Shown here one piece after another: positions 44,702-57,324 of a stretch of 64,000 bases of DNA. A model generated the notes under the pieces. It ran no database searches. It was not told where the DNA came from and saw only the letters and a list, made by a program, of their open reading frames with translations. The stretch is from Tubiluchus corallicola (Eukaryota; Animalia; Priapulida). The DNA lies in the NCBI GenBank assembly GCA_030141605.1, contig JAQGDQ010000037.1, positions 248,001 to 312,000 on the forward strand, given 5' to 3'. Numbering within the stretch: the stretch's first letter is position 1; each line of letters opens with the position of its first letter. The position numbers and the translations under genes are program-made.

Positions 44702-46061
44702 TATCAGATGCAGAAATAACCTTGTAAATAACTCCTTGTAACTTTTTTTTATTTATTTATCAACTTTTTTGAGTTGCTTATTGTATTGGTAAACATGTAT
44801 ACAACATTGTTGTTTATTTATTATAAATTTGTGTACTGTAGTACTTTTGAGACTGTTGTCTAGATAAAGTTTTTGTAAACACCTAATCAGCAATTTCGAT
44901 TTTTGGTTGTTATATTTATTTCTGAACAGAGATGGCAGCACGCATTAATTTGGAGAATTGTAGTAGTAATTCTTAAGCTTTGATATAACGAAATATATAG
45001 ATTATAACGAGATAGGAGATGATTTGCCTTCTGAATGTGTTTTGGTTCCATTATTGAAGTTGGTGTGGTATTGGACAACAATGCTTTCTGACCAATTAGA
45101 ATTTTTTTTAATTATTTCCCAAACTTCACAAAAGCTATTTGTAACTTGAAATGTTTCCAGTGATCACTTTTTCTTGTTTAATGAAAACAATTAGCTCTGA
45201 AACCCAACACAGACTGAAACACACCTGAAAAATTTCCTGAATAAATAGGAGTGGCTAGATGAATGGGAGGAGTTGAAAGATTTCTCCTTTGTAGGTTTTT
45301 TTATTCGTCCACAAGCATGACTTCAACATGCATCATTTATACAAGCATTCTCTAAGGCCTGAAGTCAATGCTTCTAGCGACTCAGATTTGCAGGCATGCC
45401 AAGAATATCCTGCACGCAATGGCTGCTGTGCTTAGATGGTTTTATTAATTGTTTTGATTGCACACAAGGTTGTTTGATTAATTACCTACATGAAAGCAAT
45501 CTACGTGTCTGCACATTTGTGTAGTCGTATCAGGTGTTGCTGATGCAGGAAGATGAAGGAAGCAGGGTAAACACTCATTAACTCAATCATGGATCTCTGC
45601 TTCCATCACTTTTGCAAGACGAGCTTGCCTAGCAGGTTAAATAATTTATATGTGCACGGGCAGGTCCATGCTATTCTTGTAGAAAATGTTAGCTGGTGAA
45701 TGGTCGACTGGATTAAGGGACTCACTGGTGTAAGAGATATTGCTTTTATAATTTTGAAATCTTGAAATGGCTTTAGATGAAAGATACACGATTGTTAGAT
45801 AAAACATTGAGGAGGCAGCCTTCCTTATCTTATTTTGGACTTTAGATCAAAACAAACTTACTCTGCTATGGGATGTTTTCAAGTTTTTGAGAGGGAGACT
45901 TTGGTTAGTTTTGCTAATTCAGTGGCTCTGTGTGTAACTTTTGAACATAAAGAGCAGTTTAGTCAGTATGCTGAATTTCTTGATTAAAATCCGAGGAACA
46001 GTTCATTGTGATTGCTGAATTCTTGTTTCTCTTCAGTTATAATTATGAGGAACAATTCTAA

Positions 46062-46300
46062 TGGTGCGTTCACACTAGCGAGTATTCTGTCGCGAGTTTC
46101 TCTCTAACAGCAAATTGACAAGTGTTTACTGCTTTGCAAGTTACTGCTTGCATGAAATTGCCAAATTTCTGACAGTCACTGTAAGTTGATTTGCTGTTTA
46201 GTGTGAACATCTCGGTGAGTTAGTGAGTTACTCTAAACACTTCTTGCAGCGAACAGAGTCTCGCAGCACTCTCAACAAGTTTTGCTCTCTAGTCTGAACA
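46062..46300. mobile_element. Degenerate Harbinger-like MITE
   Basis: GGTGCGTTCACACTAG start, with inverted TAGTGTGAAC (about 46199) and CTAGTCTGAAC (about 46289). Confidence 0.4.
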
Positions 46301-47284
46301 GCTTGCGAGTTACTTGGCGGCGAGTTTATTTCGCGAGAAAAATAGTAGTGCAGAAAAAAGAAGCCTATCTTCGCGCCAATTTTAAAATTATAAAAAAGTT
46401 AGCTGAAAATTGTCTTTGATTATATTGATTGAGTTGCGTTAGGCTGTAAAGTTTACAGGAGTGTACTTAGCAAAATCCGATTTAACACAGTTAAGACATG
46501 CAAACTATTCCAAATATTAGTCAAACTAATTAAAACCGCTTAGATGTAGCAGTTATTACCTTATTTTTGCGCCATCTCAACAAGTAGTTTGTTCACGCTA
46601 GTTTTATTTTGAATAAAATGACAAAAATTAATTAACAAGACAGTGTTGTCTAATAGGAACTTAAATTTTGCTAGTTTGCTAACAAACGATAAAGTGGCAG
46701 TCTACCATTAGCCAGTTTTGCAACTTCTACGTGAAGATTGGCTTGTTCGCTTCTTCAAGAACAAAAACTTGCGTTTGACATCAAATGAATTGCATTAATT
46801 GCTGTACAGTTCCTGTATTACGTTAATGTGTAGTTTATGCTTTTGACCTAAGATTTTTCTTTTAAGGACAGGTTTTTCGGCTAAAAAACTCTTTTTCAAT
46901 AACTTTTATTTCATTTAGGTTAGTCTTTACAATAAAATTAAAAGTTTCTTAAGTGTTGGCAAGTATTTTGGACCTTTGATTATTTAAATTAATCATTATA
47001 CAATACCACTGTCTTCAGGCGCAATATTTGTTCCTCCAATAAGAGTCTGAGATACGAAATGTTTGACTTATCATAGATGACTGTAAAGATATATTTGATT
47101 TACAAATGCAAGCTTTTGACCAATTGCTGACTAGTATAAAGATAGGCCACTATGTAACTAGCGTTAAACTGCTTTTTACAGAAAATCAAATCTGTTTTCA
47201 ACTACATGTACTACAGAAATTTTGCAAGCTTTTACAGGATGAAGATTGGCTTATTTGTAGCTATCAATGAGGCTTTTATGTGTG

Positions 47285-48850
47285 CGTTACGATTGAGAAT
47301 GTAATAAATGCCCAATATTGCAATACAGAAGAATTAACGCATTATGTAATAAAAATCAACGCGTTATGTAATAAAACCACGTATAATGTAAGACCCCAAA
47401 ACGCGTAATGTAATAACCCGAAGTTTAATGCGTATTGTACCACCGCAAAAAACATAATGTAGTAACAAACATTCTAACAGATTATGTAATAACATAATGT
47501 AATAATTAGCTGATTACTATTACTTGGTACCAGTGGTGTAGTTCTGTGTGTATATGTGGGAATGGCGTGTTTTTTCCGTTTGGAAGCGGGATGGCGTTCC
47601 CTCACTATTTCAAATAAATTTTAACTGAAACTTCTCGTATAATTTATCCATTCCACGTGTAGACGTTCTAGTGAAAATGTGTCTGAATACAATAGTTACG
47701 TATAGATATTTAACTCAGTGTAGCGTAACGTCAAAAATATTAAAACGAGACGATATTTTGGACGAGTTCGTGTGTTCAACTGTTATATTTTACACTCATA
47801 TAACCAGCAAATAAACCTCTCGAATTCAGCCAGTATTAATACAGCAACTCCTGACTTTGAACTATTGGCAACTGCTTACATTCATTCACTTATAAAACAT
47901 ACAATTTTTTAAAAGCAGGAACCAGCAGGTTTAAAGCACTTATGCTGACCCTATAATTATAATTATTACAATTATTTATTCATTAATTCTGTTTATGGAT
48001 AAAAATATATATGTACAGTAAAGGCCTCTCTATTTGCAGGGGATGCAAATATACAAAAGCACATGCTATCACATATAGATAACACTGCTAGTCTGGAATG
48101 GTTGTGAATTTAATTGTGATCGTAGTTTTTGTATTTTGCATCGATACAACTATATCACCGATTTCATGTGTTTCTCTTACTTGCAAATTTGTAACAGTCC
48201 GTGCTGCGGTATGTTACGCCACCGTTAAAATTGTGTTTAAAAACGAAGCAAATTGAGTGAAAAACCGTACAGGCTCTGCGAGTGTCGAGTCTAATCAGAG
48301 ACAGTGATAAGAACTAATCGCTATAATAAACAGGTAAAATCAACATGGCACTCAACATAGGCATAGTGTTTCTGTATCTTGTTTTTTACTTTGTGTTGCT
48401 TCGTTTTGACCGGGTTGAATGTTACGCAATATCACGTTGAGTGCGCGCGTGGAGTGATGAAAAAAACAGAATTTTGGAACAATTTTGGAACATTATTATT
48501 GTGGAATGATAAAAAAATTAGTATAATTTTTATCCGCGAGCATATAAATGAGTGATTGATTCATTGGGCTGATGATAATGCGTTGAAGAGGGTTGTGATG
48601 CCAATGAATTGAGGTGCTAATGAGCACTACTTCCAAAACACTATCTTTGAGAAAATTATACAAAGTGACATTAATTCTGCTAGTTATTACCTTACCCCTT
48701 AGAATTTTTATTACTACATTATGCGTTTTGTGAGGTTACAGTATACATTAAACTTCAGATTATTATATGATGTGTTAATTTTTTATTACAACGTGCGTTA
48801 ATCTTGTGGTATTACAATATCGAGCCTTTATTACACTATCAGTTGTAACA
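47285..48850. mobile_element. Non-autonomous DNA transposon with long imperfect TIRs (Ginger-like)
   Basis: Left end CGTTACGATTGAGAATGTAATAAATG...; right end reverse complement TGTTACAACTGATAGTGTAATAAAGG.... Similarity extends about 150-190 bp with TGTAATAA subrepeats. 5-bp direct repeat GTGTG on both flanks (47280-47284, 48851-48855). Confidence 0.75.
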
Positions 48851-50643
48851 GTGTGCCTTAGTGAGCTGGCTTTTAGTTCTGTAACATTTCAAAAAATGTT
48901 ATGCACTATACAGACAGTTTGCAATTGCCCTCTTCTACTACATTCCTTTCATTCAGTGTTCAATATCAATCAGACCTGATTTTTGAGGACTATAACTATA
49001 AGTCACCAAAATGGAAATTTGGTTTTGATTTTAACTTTGCTAGCCTTTTAGTGACAACTGACAATGCAAAACCAAGTATTGTGTTAGAGCTAAATTCACA
49101 CCAGAGGCAAGCTTGGTAACCGATAATAAATATCAGTCCAATTATAGTCAAATTTAGCATATTTTCCATAATGCTAATACAGTGGTATTTGAGCATTTCA
49201 TGGGTGCCTTATAGTCTACGGCGGTTTGCATTTATTTTGTTTAATTTTAACAATGTTTTATTTGAGCATAACGAGAAGACACTCTTTCATTTCTGCTTTG
49301 TGCGGCCTGCACATTTAGGTACCTGATTTGGCCTGGGTAATTAAATAATCAACGTGTTATCTCAGCTACAAGTTAACAAAAGTCTCAATTTGGCGCATCA
49401 ATCGGCACGTCTTCATAATGCAGCTAAACATACAAAAATTGATTCACGACTATAGGTGCGCCCCTAGCGGGATGGGTTGGACTCACAACTTCCCATCCGT
49501 ACCCAATAACGAACAGTCGGATTTGCTTCCATTTGCGAATTTAGTTTTTTTTAATATAGATAGTGAGGTCGAATTCTTTAATGAAAAAATACTCTTATGA
49601 CATGTCCATGGGACACATTAGACACGCCCCATGTGCATCGATCTTTTAAGCAACCTAATAATGCAGGTAAGGCCTCACCTGCTCACTGTGTAAACGCCTC
49701 CTGCGACTTTAATGAAACTGAGCAAAATTAAAGGTCGTGCAGTGTGGACAATCATTCGCTGGAAATTACAGAAATAAAATATTCATGTGAGTTTGATGCG
49801 CTGGACGGGCGCACTCTGTCAGCAGTATTTGCCCAGCTCAGTGCAGGTTATTACTGCGCTTGTTTGCCCAGTATTCAAGTTGTTGAAGCTCTGATAGACC
49901 CTAAGAAACCATTGAGCAGCAAATTGTTAGTTTGATTTCAGGTAGACACGGATTCAGGTGTGTGACGTCAGAATAATCAGCCTGTGCAGAGCTGCTGGTT
50001 ATTTGTTTGATGCCTTGATTTCACAATTTCTTGACCGCGTTATTTAATAAAGAATACCCGGTAAAACATTTGTACCGAATAAAGCAATGACACAATTGTA
50101 ATGAGACAGTTTTCAATTATTTCCACTGGTGCCTATGAGTTTATAAAAAGAACTTGCATTTCAAAATGCAATTATAAGTAACAACACTGAAAATAGATAT
50201 TTTGAAAATGTTACTATTTATTTTTATTACCTGATTTAGTTATGTTTACCAGATTTTTTAATCTGACACGACACTCTAGCTGAATTTATTAAAAAATTTC
50301 ATTCTGAGACTCAGTTAAAATTTGCAAAAATTACGCAGTTTGTAAAATTCGTTTTTTGTTATATCTGGCACAGTGTCTGTGCTTGCAGCTAACCTTAGGT
50401 AATAGGTATATAAATATTGAACAGCGGCGATGTTTTAAAATGTTAATTACTACTGGCCCACAAAGAGTATTATTAGCTAGTTTAACAATCTACACTCTAC
50501 AGTGTACCATAATTTTATTGCTCCTTTATATATAAATAATTACAGCAAATTTTCGTTCCCATCTTTGTGTTTTAGTTACATATAATGGCACAACTCTGTA
50601 CATAATATAACGATTAAAATACCTAACTATAACGAATAAAACA

Positions 50644-51765
50644 ATTATCATTATTTTCGTATTCACACGACATTTAGAGACCTTGACCAATAAAGTATTT
50701 GCCCTTAAAGACCTTTTAGTTACGGTTTCATAGCCTCATTTCAGATAAAATACTTTTTGTACAGCCGCAGACATGACGGCTCTTAGTCAGAGAGTCAAAT
50801 AAAAACAATTCACAACGATACATAAATAACAAAAAAATACATTCCAACCCCGATGCAGAAATAAAATTAATTTACGAATTTCGTTCACTTGCGAATTAAC
50901 AAGTTCTGTGCTCTGTGAACCTCGTGTTTCAAGTAGCATGCAATTTATAGTTAAAATTTCTGTAGACCTGAGGAAGAGAAATTTGAAAATGGGGCATTGC
51001 CGGCCTAGTGGTTGACATCCGCTGGCCTGAGACCGCTTGCAACATTTCACTTTTTATATTATAGATTTAAATTCGCATTTTATTCATTACGTTTCATCAC
51101 ATTTAAAAATACATTGCATCATATAAAAAATTTTAGAAACCCAGCTATACTATAAATATTACAATAGAATCTACTAAAAAGATTTACATATATACATACG
51201 CACCTAGACAAAAAACATAATTCACGAGACAGATCATTAAAAAGTACAATACACAGAGGAATAAAACATAATAAAAGTTACAGACTAGGTTACAGACTAG
51301 TTATGTAATAGTAGGTCCATATAATTGTACTATGATATGAAGTTTAAACATACAGCTTATTACTTATATTATGGGATTGTTCTGCCAGCCCATATATGAA
51401 TGATCCTGTTATCTTTCTTGTACTGACGTCATAGCTAGGTATATTAAAATTTACAAATTTTTCACTATTGCTACGTCTTCCCAAAAATTTGAAGAGCCAA
51501 CGAAATATATTGTTGTTAGCCACCTTTAAGAAAGTGTAGTTGTCATGGAAAAGGTTGCCCCATGGGGTACATGAGTAAAATTGATTATTATTATTATCAT
51601 TATTTTCGTATTCACAAGAACATTTAGAGAACTTGACCAATAAAGTATTTGCCCTTAAAGATCTTTTAGTTACGGTTTCATAGCCTCATTTCAGGTACAA
51701 TGCTTTTTGTGCAGCCGCAGACATGACGGCTCTTAGTCAGAGAGTCAAATAAAAACAATTCACAA
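50644..51765 (+). repeat. Direct repeat of about 172 bp (50644-50815 and 51593-51765)
   Basis: ATTATCATTATTTTCGTATTCAC...GAGAGTCAAATAAAAACAATTCACAA occurs twice with roughly ten differences. Confidence 0.92.
51050..51590 (-). mobile_element. 3' fragment of a non-LTR retrotransposon ORF2 (clade uncertain)
   Basis: Part of ORF 51344-51640 reads FYSC.PW...LKVANNNIFR.LF...RR.S.SE.FV..NIPSYD...RK...SFI, like LINE ORF2 C-termini; AATAAA follows on the same strand. Confidence 0.55.
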
Positions 51766-54700
51766 TTTATAACAATAAACGACATGTTAAAAAACTAAAA
51801 ATGAGAAAATCATTAACAATATATAAGGGCGCCCCAAATTTTGTCTCATTCTCGCTGTCCCAACAGAGTCCAGTCAGATAATAGCTCTGTCCCCGCGCAT
51901 TAAAACGTTTATGTTGATGCGGTATTGTGACATGATACCTGCTACACGCATTGTGTGGCAGATACAGAAATCCAGCCCGTCAGAGATAAACACGAGTCAG
52001 CTTATTGTTCGACGCTAAACCGTTTTCAACAATTTCCGAACTTACTTTATCTGCGATTGATAGAAATTTGTGCGTTTTGTATAATGACATCAAAAGAGCT
52101 AGCCTTGAAAATGCTGCGAGGCGACGCTTGCACTATTGTAAATAGGAAAATGTATACATGAAAACCATTGTCAGAAATTTCCTGTCGTTGCTATTGTGTA
52201 TATGAAAAGCGAATTTATTTCATTGCTAATTTTGTAGCTCACTCTCTCTCTCTCTTTCTCTCTGTGGGTGTGAGTACCCACGTCGTGGTTGACTGGGACA
52301 TATAAGAACCGGAAAGCGGTTATGTAGATACCTTTTTTCGAGTGATTTCCATACAGAAATCATATTCTGTTCTCAATAGAAACAAGCTTTCAGTTATAAA
52401 TTCGTGTAACAATGCACTGAATCAAGTATTTGTGTTTTTGATATTGTACAAAAGTGACCCCATTTTTGCTTTGCAATGTATGAGCACTCATTGTTTGTGT
52501 GAAAGCTTGTTTGGCTTGCTTAGCTGTCATGGTTATGTTTCGTATCACAATAAACTGTAGTTATGTATAATCAAAACACGTCTCCGACAATACATAATAA
52601 GCTTCAATCGTTTTTCTATCTGCAGTCTTTTGTTTAGAATTTTAAATGCAATCACACAAAGGGCCTATTTTAATAATTTAATTTAATTTAATAGGTTTAA
52701 ATTAATTACAATTATACAACTTTACAATTCACTACAACACAATTGCAAATTGCATTACAATTATACAATACATATTTGCAAAGCAATATTGACGATAAAC
52801 ATATGGGTCTACAATAAAAATAGAGCAATAACAAATATAATAATGATCATCGTCTATAGGTAAAATATTACTTATCCTAACTAGGCCTATAAAGGTGACC
52901 TGCTTTTAAAGACGTCTTTATGAAAATGACAAGTAAATGCTACTTGCGTATCATTAAGACCTACTTTGGTATCATTATTACCTAAAATAAAACATTTTAA
53001 AACACAGTGATCCTAATATTTTCAGTCGTGAATATATTTAACCTAAACAAGTTTTAAGCCAGTGTTAAGAAAAAGTTAGAAGATTAGAATTCTCGCAAAA
53101 CACATACAAGGGTTTGATTTTATTTTGGCATGTACTATCCATTTTTCTTTTTTTTCAATACAGATAATAAAAAAAGTAGTACTAAAAGTAGCGATTTTTT
53201 CGAGAGAGCCGTTCTGTTACTATTATAACTGATTTGTGAAAGTTTTTTAGCCATGAAAATGAAATGAGATTTATGCAACAGATGCCTGCAACTAATCGTA
53301 GCCAAAATACATGCAGACTTTCAAAGAAACAGACAATTATGCAAAAATATGTTTTAAATTGAAATCTACAAAAACGAGTAAAATTTTTATGGCATCGTTA
53401 AACTTGAACACGCGTAAAATTATTGTCCAGGATCGATTATTAACTTGAATAATTTTATTCCAATACAATTCCTGCATCTATAGTTAACTTGTATATGTAG
53501 GGGTACAGGGGTACTTGTTTATATCAGCGTACTACATGCAGATCGCGTGTGTTTCTTATTTTCTAACTTGATGCCAGTAGATTCCATAAACGTCTTTTTC
53601 CTGGTTTTATCAGCAAGGTTGCCCTTTTCACTTGCCTATTTTTGGTCATTCAGTCGCTGTAGTTGTCTAATGGACATTTACTGTATTGTTGCTGATTGAT
53701 TACAAGCAATAGTTAACGTAAATATTAGTTTATTGTGTAGCTTTGCTGTCTTTGCGAACTAGGTTCGTACTACTGCAGATGACAATACAGCAGTTGTATA
53801 CGTCATAAAACACACATAACTTTCACAATTCACATCGGTAGTTTAATCTGAGTCTTTTTTAGTTATGTCCCATTTAGTGACACAAAATTAAAACTACATA
53901 AACTTAAGCACAATAAAAGTGGAATACTTTATGTATAGATATGTAGAAGATACATCTATTACTAAATTATAATTATGTGAAGAATCTATCAAATTATTAC
54001 TTGTCAAGTATATTTTTCATACTGGAAAACTAGCCCTGCATGTAGGTTACAGATTCGCAATAAAGACACGAAACTTCACTAATTAAATATTCGTAAAAGC
54101 TCTCACATCGGCGTGTGCTTGGATCCGCTCCTAACGACAATATCTCAATATGTAGCCGTATCAATTTCTACGGCTTTGTGTAAGAAACAAGTATACGAAT
54201 ATGCGGTAATCAGGCAGCGTATTGATTCGAGACAGGTGCAGTCGATTTTATTGTATGCTGATTATATCACTTTGTCACCAAATTGTGCATTTGCCTAATA
54301 AATTAATGCGAAGAATATTGAAACTTGCGCTCGAATGCATCACGCGCTGCTTTTAGTCTTTGAAAAGTTGAACAGAAAGTCGAATAGAAGGCCGTGTAAT
54401 GTGATGCAGGCACTGATGTTGTTCAAGTGAACACGTCATATTGAGAGGCTGCTAAAAGCGTCCCATCAGACAGGTGCATACATAATAGAAGCTTCTACGC
54501 CTCCATTTAACCCTCGTCATGCAAATGTAGCAAATCTGTCGCAGCTTACTAGAAAAGATTCTGATTTTTGAAATCCACAGAAGCAAAGGCTTCACTTACC
54601 ACGCCCAAGCTTCAGTTACATATACGTTGTGTGACGCCATTTTTCTAAATCTGTATCTAAAAATAAGTACTGCTCTTGTCTGTGTTAAGATAAGATAAGA

Positions 54701-55319
54701 ATATTGACATGATATTTTCTGATTTTTTTACAGTAAGCTAATATACGTGACGTTTTGCTACGTTTTAATAGATATGTATTAGCATCTCATTAAAACACTA
54801 ACAAACAAAATGTGTTAGCGGCACATAGGATCTAAACTATGTTTAATAACGTGATGTTTTAGTGACTGGAGTCATTTTCAGTGTTACATTAAGACCTTTT
54901 TTAAAAATAAAATGTAATGTTAACATTTTCTAAAGTAGAATGTTTTTATAACAGCTGATGGTGACTCCAGTTGCAAAGGTCGAAATATATTTTTGTTTAT
55001 ATGTTTTGTTTGTTAAATAGTACACGGTAAAGATATGTCTGCATTTCAGAATAATACAAAATTTTTGATTCGAACAAAAACTGAAGCTCAAATCATTTTT
55101 CGATGATGTGGACGATGAGAATGCAAATATCAATTCTAATTTTACTACATAATCATCAGTGAGACAGTTACACAATTTCCAACAAATTGGCATAAAAAAC
55201 TATGATACTAATGATTAATTCCTATTCATAATCATCATTAAATTTTTATTATACTGATTAGTTATCCGAGGATAGCTGGCTCTGATTGACTGTGTATGAG
55301 AATTCAGATCTGTTCTACT

Positions 55320-55420
55320 ACGTGAGTTAACAACTTGATATTACGAGGTTCTGGGTTCGAATCCCTGTTGATTCACAGTTATTTAGTGCCTTTGCTCCTT
55401 AGCACCTTTCTCGCACAAGT
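55320..55420 (+). mobile_element. tRNA-derived SINE head remnant
   Basis: B-box GGTTCGAATCC at 55354-55364 in the context GAGGTTCTGGGTTCGAATCCC; no cloverleaf. Confidence 0.45.
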
Positions 55421-57037
55421 TATTTAAGTGTTTGATTAATTGTTTATTATATATAAACCCTTCAGTTTATTAACTCTGGATTATTATATGTAGTGCGATA
55501 TTTAAAAATCAATCATCGAGCTAAGGTCAACTAATTTCACTGCAACGATTGGTTAGTTTTACCATTTGCAATAATTTAAAAAAGGTGATGCAATTTTATT
55601 ATCTCAGCACACGTTCGTTTCTTCCATGTAAAATATGCCGGTGCTGAAAAACGTGCGCACGCACGTGCAAACGCTTAATACCCGTAATTAATCTGCTCAA
55701 TTTGTGATGTGAATGATTAAGTACTTCAAGCAGACAATGGTGACAGCGTTCAATGTTTGCCGAGGCACGCTTGTAAATAATGAGTGCACGCGTACACCAT
55801 TCATGTTTAAAACCAGCGGTATTTCGAGGTTTCATGAATTTTGAAATTTTAATGAGAAACACACTATACAAACTTCATCCTTGTAACATTTTTTACAACT
55901 CGGGGGGGGGGGGGGTAACTTATCGTTAGATGCTTCTGCGCTTATCGTCAATTCCTATAAAGGGCATATCAAAGTTGAGGCAATCCTGGAATTAATCGAA
56001 CCAAAAAGTACCTTGGTCTTTGAATGACGAAAAAAGTGGAGAAAAAATTGCTTTATATTGGACCTACGATTACTATGTCGATACTGTAGCGGCCAAATGT
56101 TAATATAGCTTTATTTAAACCAATAGGTCCATGCTGAAGCTGATGCAGTCGCTAGTAATCTACAATAAGCCCTTCAAGCAGAAATAAAGCCTGCACGTGT
56201 CAGCTCTTCACTTCTAAACATACGATGTAATTACGTCTACTTTGATTGGTTCTGTTTTAATGTTTAGATCTACGTGCGCTTTGTCAACCTGTCTTACCTG
56301 CGTGATATTAGTTTAATTGTTTGATGGTTTCTGGGTTTCAAAGGTGTAGTTGCGTGACAGCTCATTCAGCGCGTCTATATTTTTCACTATTTAATCAGCT
56401 GTGAGTTGATGTTTCACCATAGATTGATACGACATGTTTTGATTTTTGATCAAGGCCATGTTTATACGATTCAACGTATAATATACATGTAGTTAGCTTT
56501 ACCTATTGCTCATGTAAAATAACCCAGCTCATTTAGTCATTATACTAAGAAATAATTATTGAGCTTTGATCTCAACTGTAAATAATTATTGTGATACTTA
56601 ATCCTATAGCTTTAACTAGGATAAGACGAAAACGTTTCCAAAGGTTATAAAATAAATGTGGTTAAACTAAAAATGTTAAAATATTAACATGTTTCCATTA
56701 GTATGGGATCATAATATGCTGTATGAGACGTATTGGAAAAAGTAGCATAAGACCATAAGATGTTTAAATGTTTACCAGTGCCAACAGTATTCATTTCAAA
56801 ACATTTTTGCACATTTTTCATTTATGGAGTTTCTTATCAAAACATATCTAACACAATCACAGAAGAGTTATAATTTGCAATAGGGCGTAGACCTTCGTCT
56901 ATCTAGCGTACAGGATGTAAATATAGGCTAGCGTACACTAAGACATATAAATCGGCATGCATGGCGTTGCTTTATTTTGTAAAGTTACGGATATTTTATA
57001 AAATACAATAATCCATATTTGACAAATAAATGTAACT

Positions 57038-57324
57038 TCATCAAAATGGAATTTATTGCCGACCGGTTTTCGGACAATACTGTTCATTATCAAGACGTCT
57101 AGAACAAAAGAAATTTAACAGAATTTAGAAACAACATCAAATACCAATCAAGATGAGTAGCCCGTAAGATAAACTATGAAATTGTTATGATATCACACAT
57201 ATTTTGGCTATTAACTACTCAACTGTATTTTCAATATTGTTTCTGGTAAATTTCTTTGTTTTTGACTCCTTGTTAAAGACCAGTATTGTTCGAAACTGGT
57301 CGGCAATAAATTTCATTTTGATGA
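57038..57324. mobile_element. Inverted repeat (about 90-bp arms), Penelope-like pLTR pair with hammerhead-like motifs
   Basis: Arms TCATCAAAATGGAATTTATTGCCGACCGGTTTTCGGACAATACTG... and ...CAGTATTGTTCGAAACTGGTCGGCAATAAATTTCATTTTGATGA. Inferred consensus TTGATAA-AGACC-AGTATT-GGTC-GAAA-CCGG-TC followed by AATAAA. Confidence 0.65.

Noticed and set aside
44699-44719. Possible stop-codon readthrough of GTF2E2 (TGA then a short open frame)
   Set aside because: The protein already ends where homologues end, and there is no TGA-CTA context.
47531-48224. Nested hAT MITE defined by CAGTGGTGTA...TACGCCACCG
   Set aside because: The 8-bp flanks do not match, so the boundaries are unsupported.
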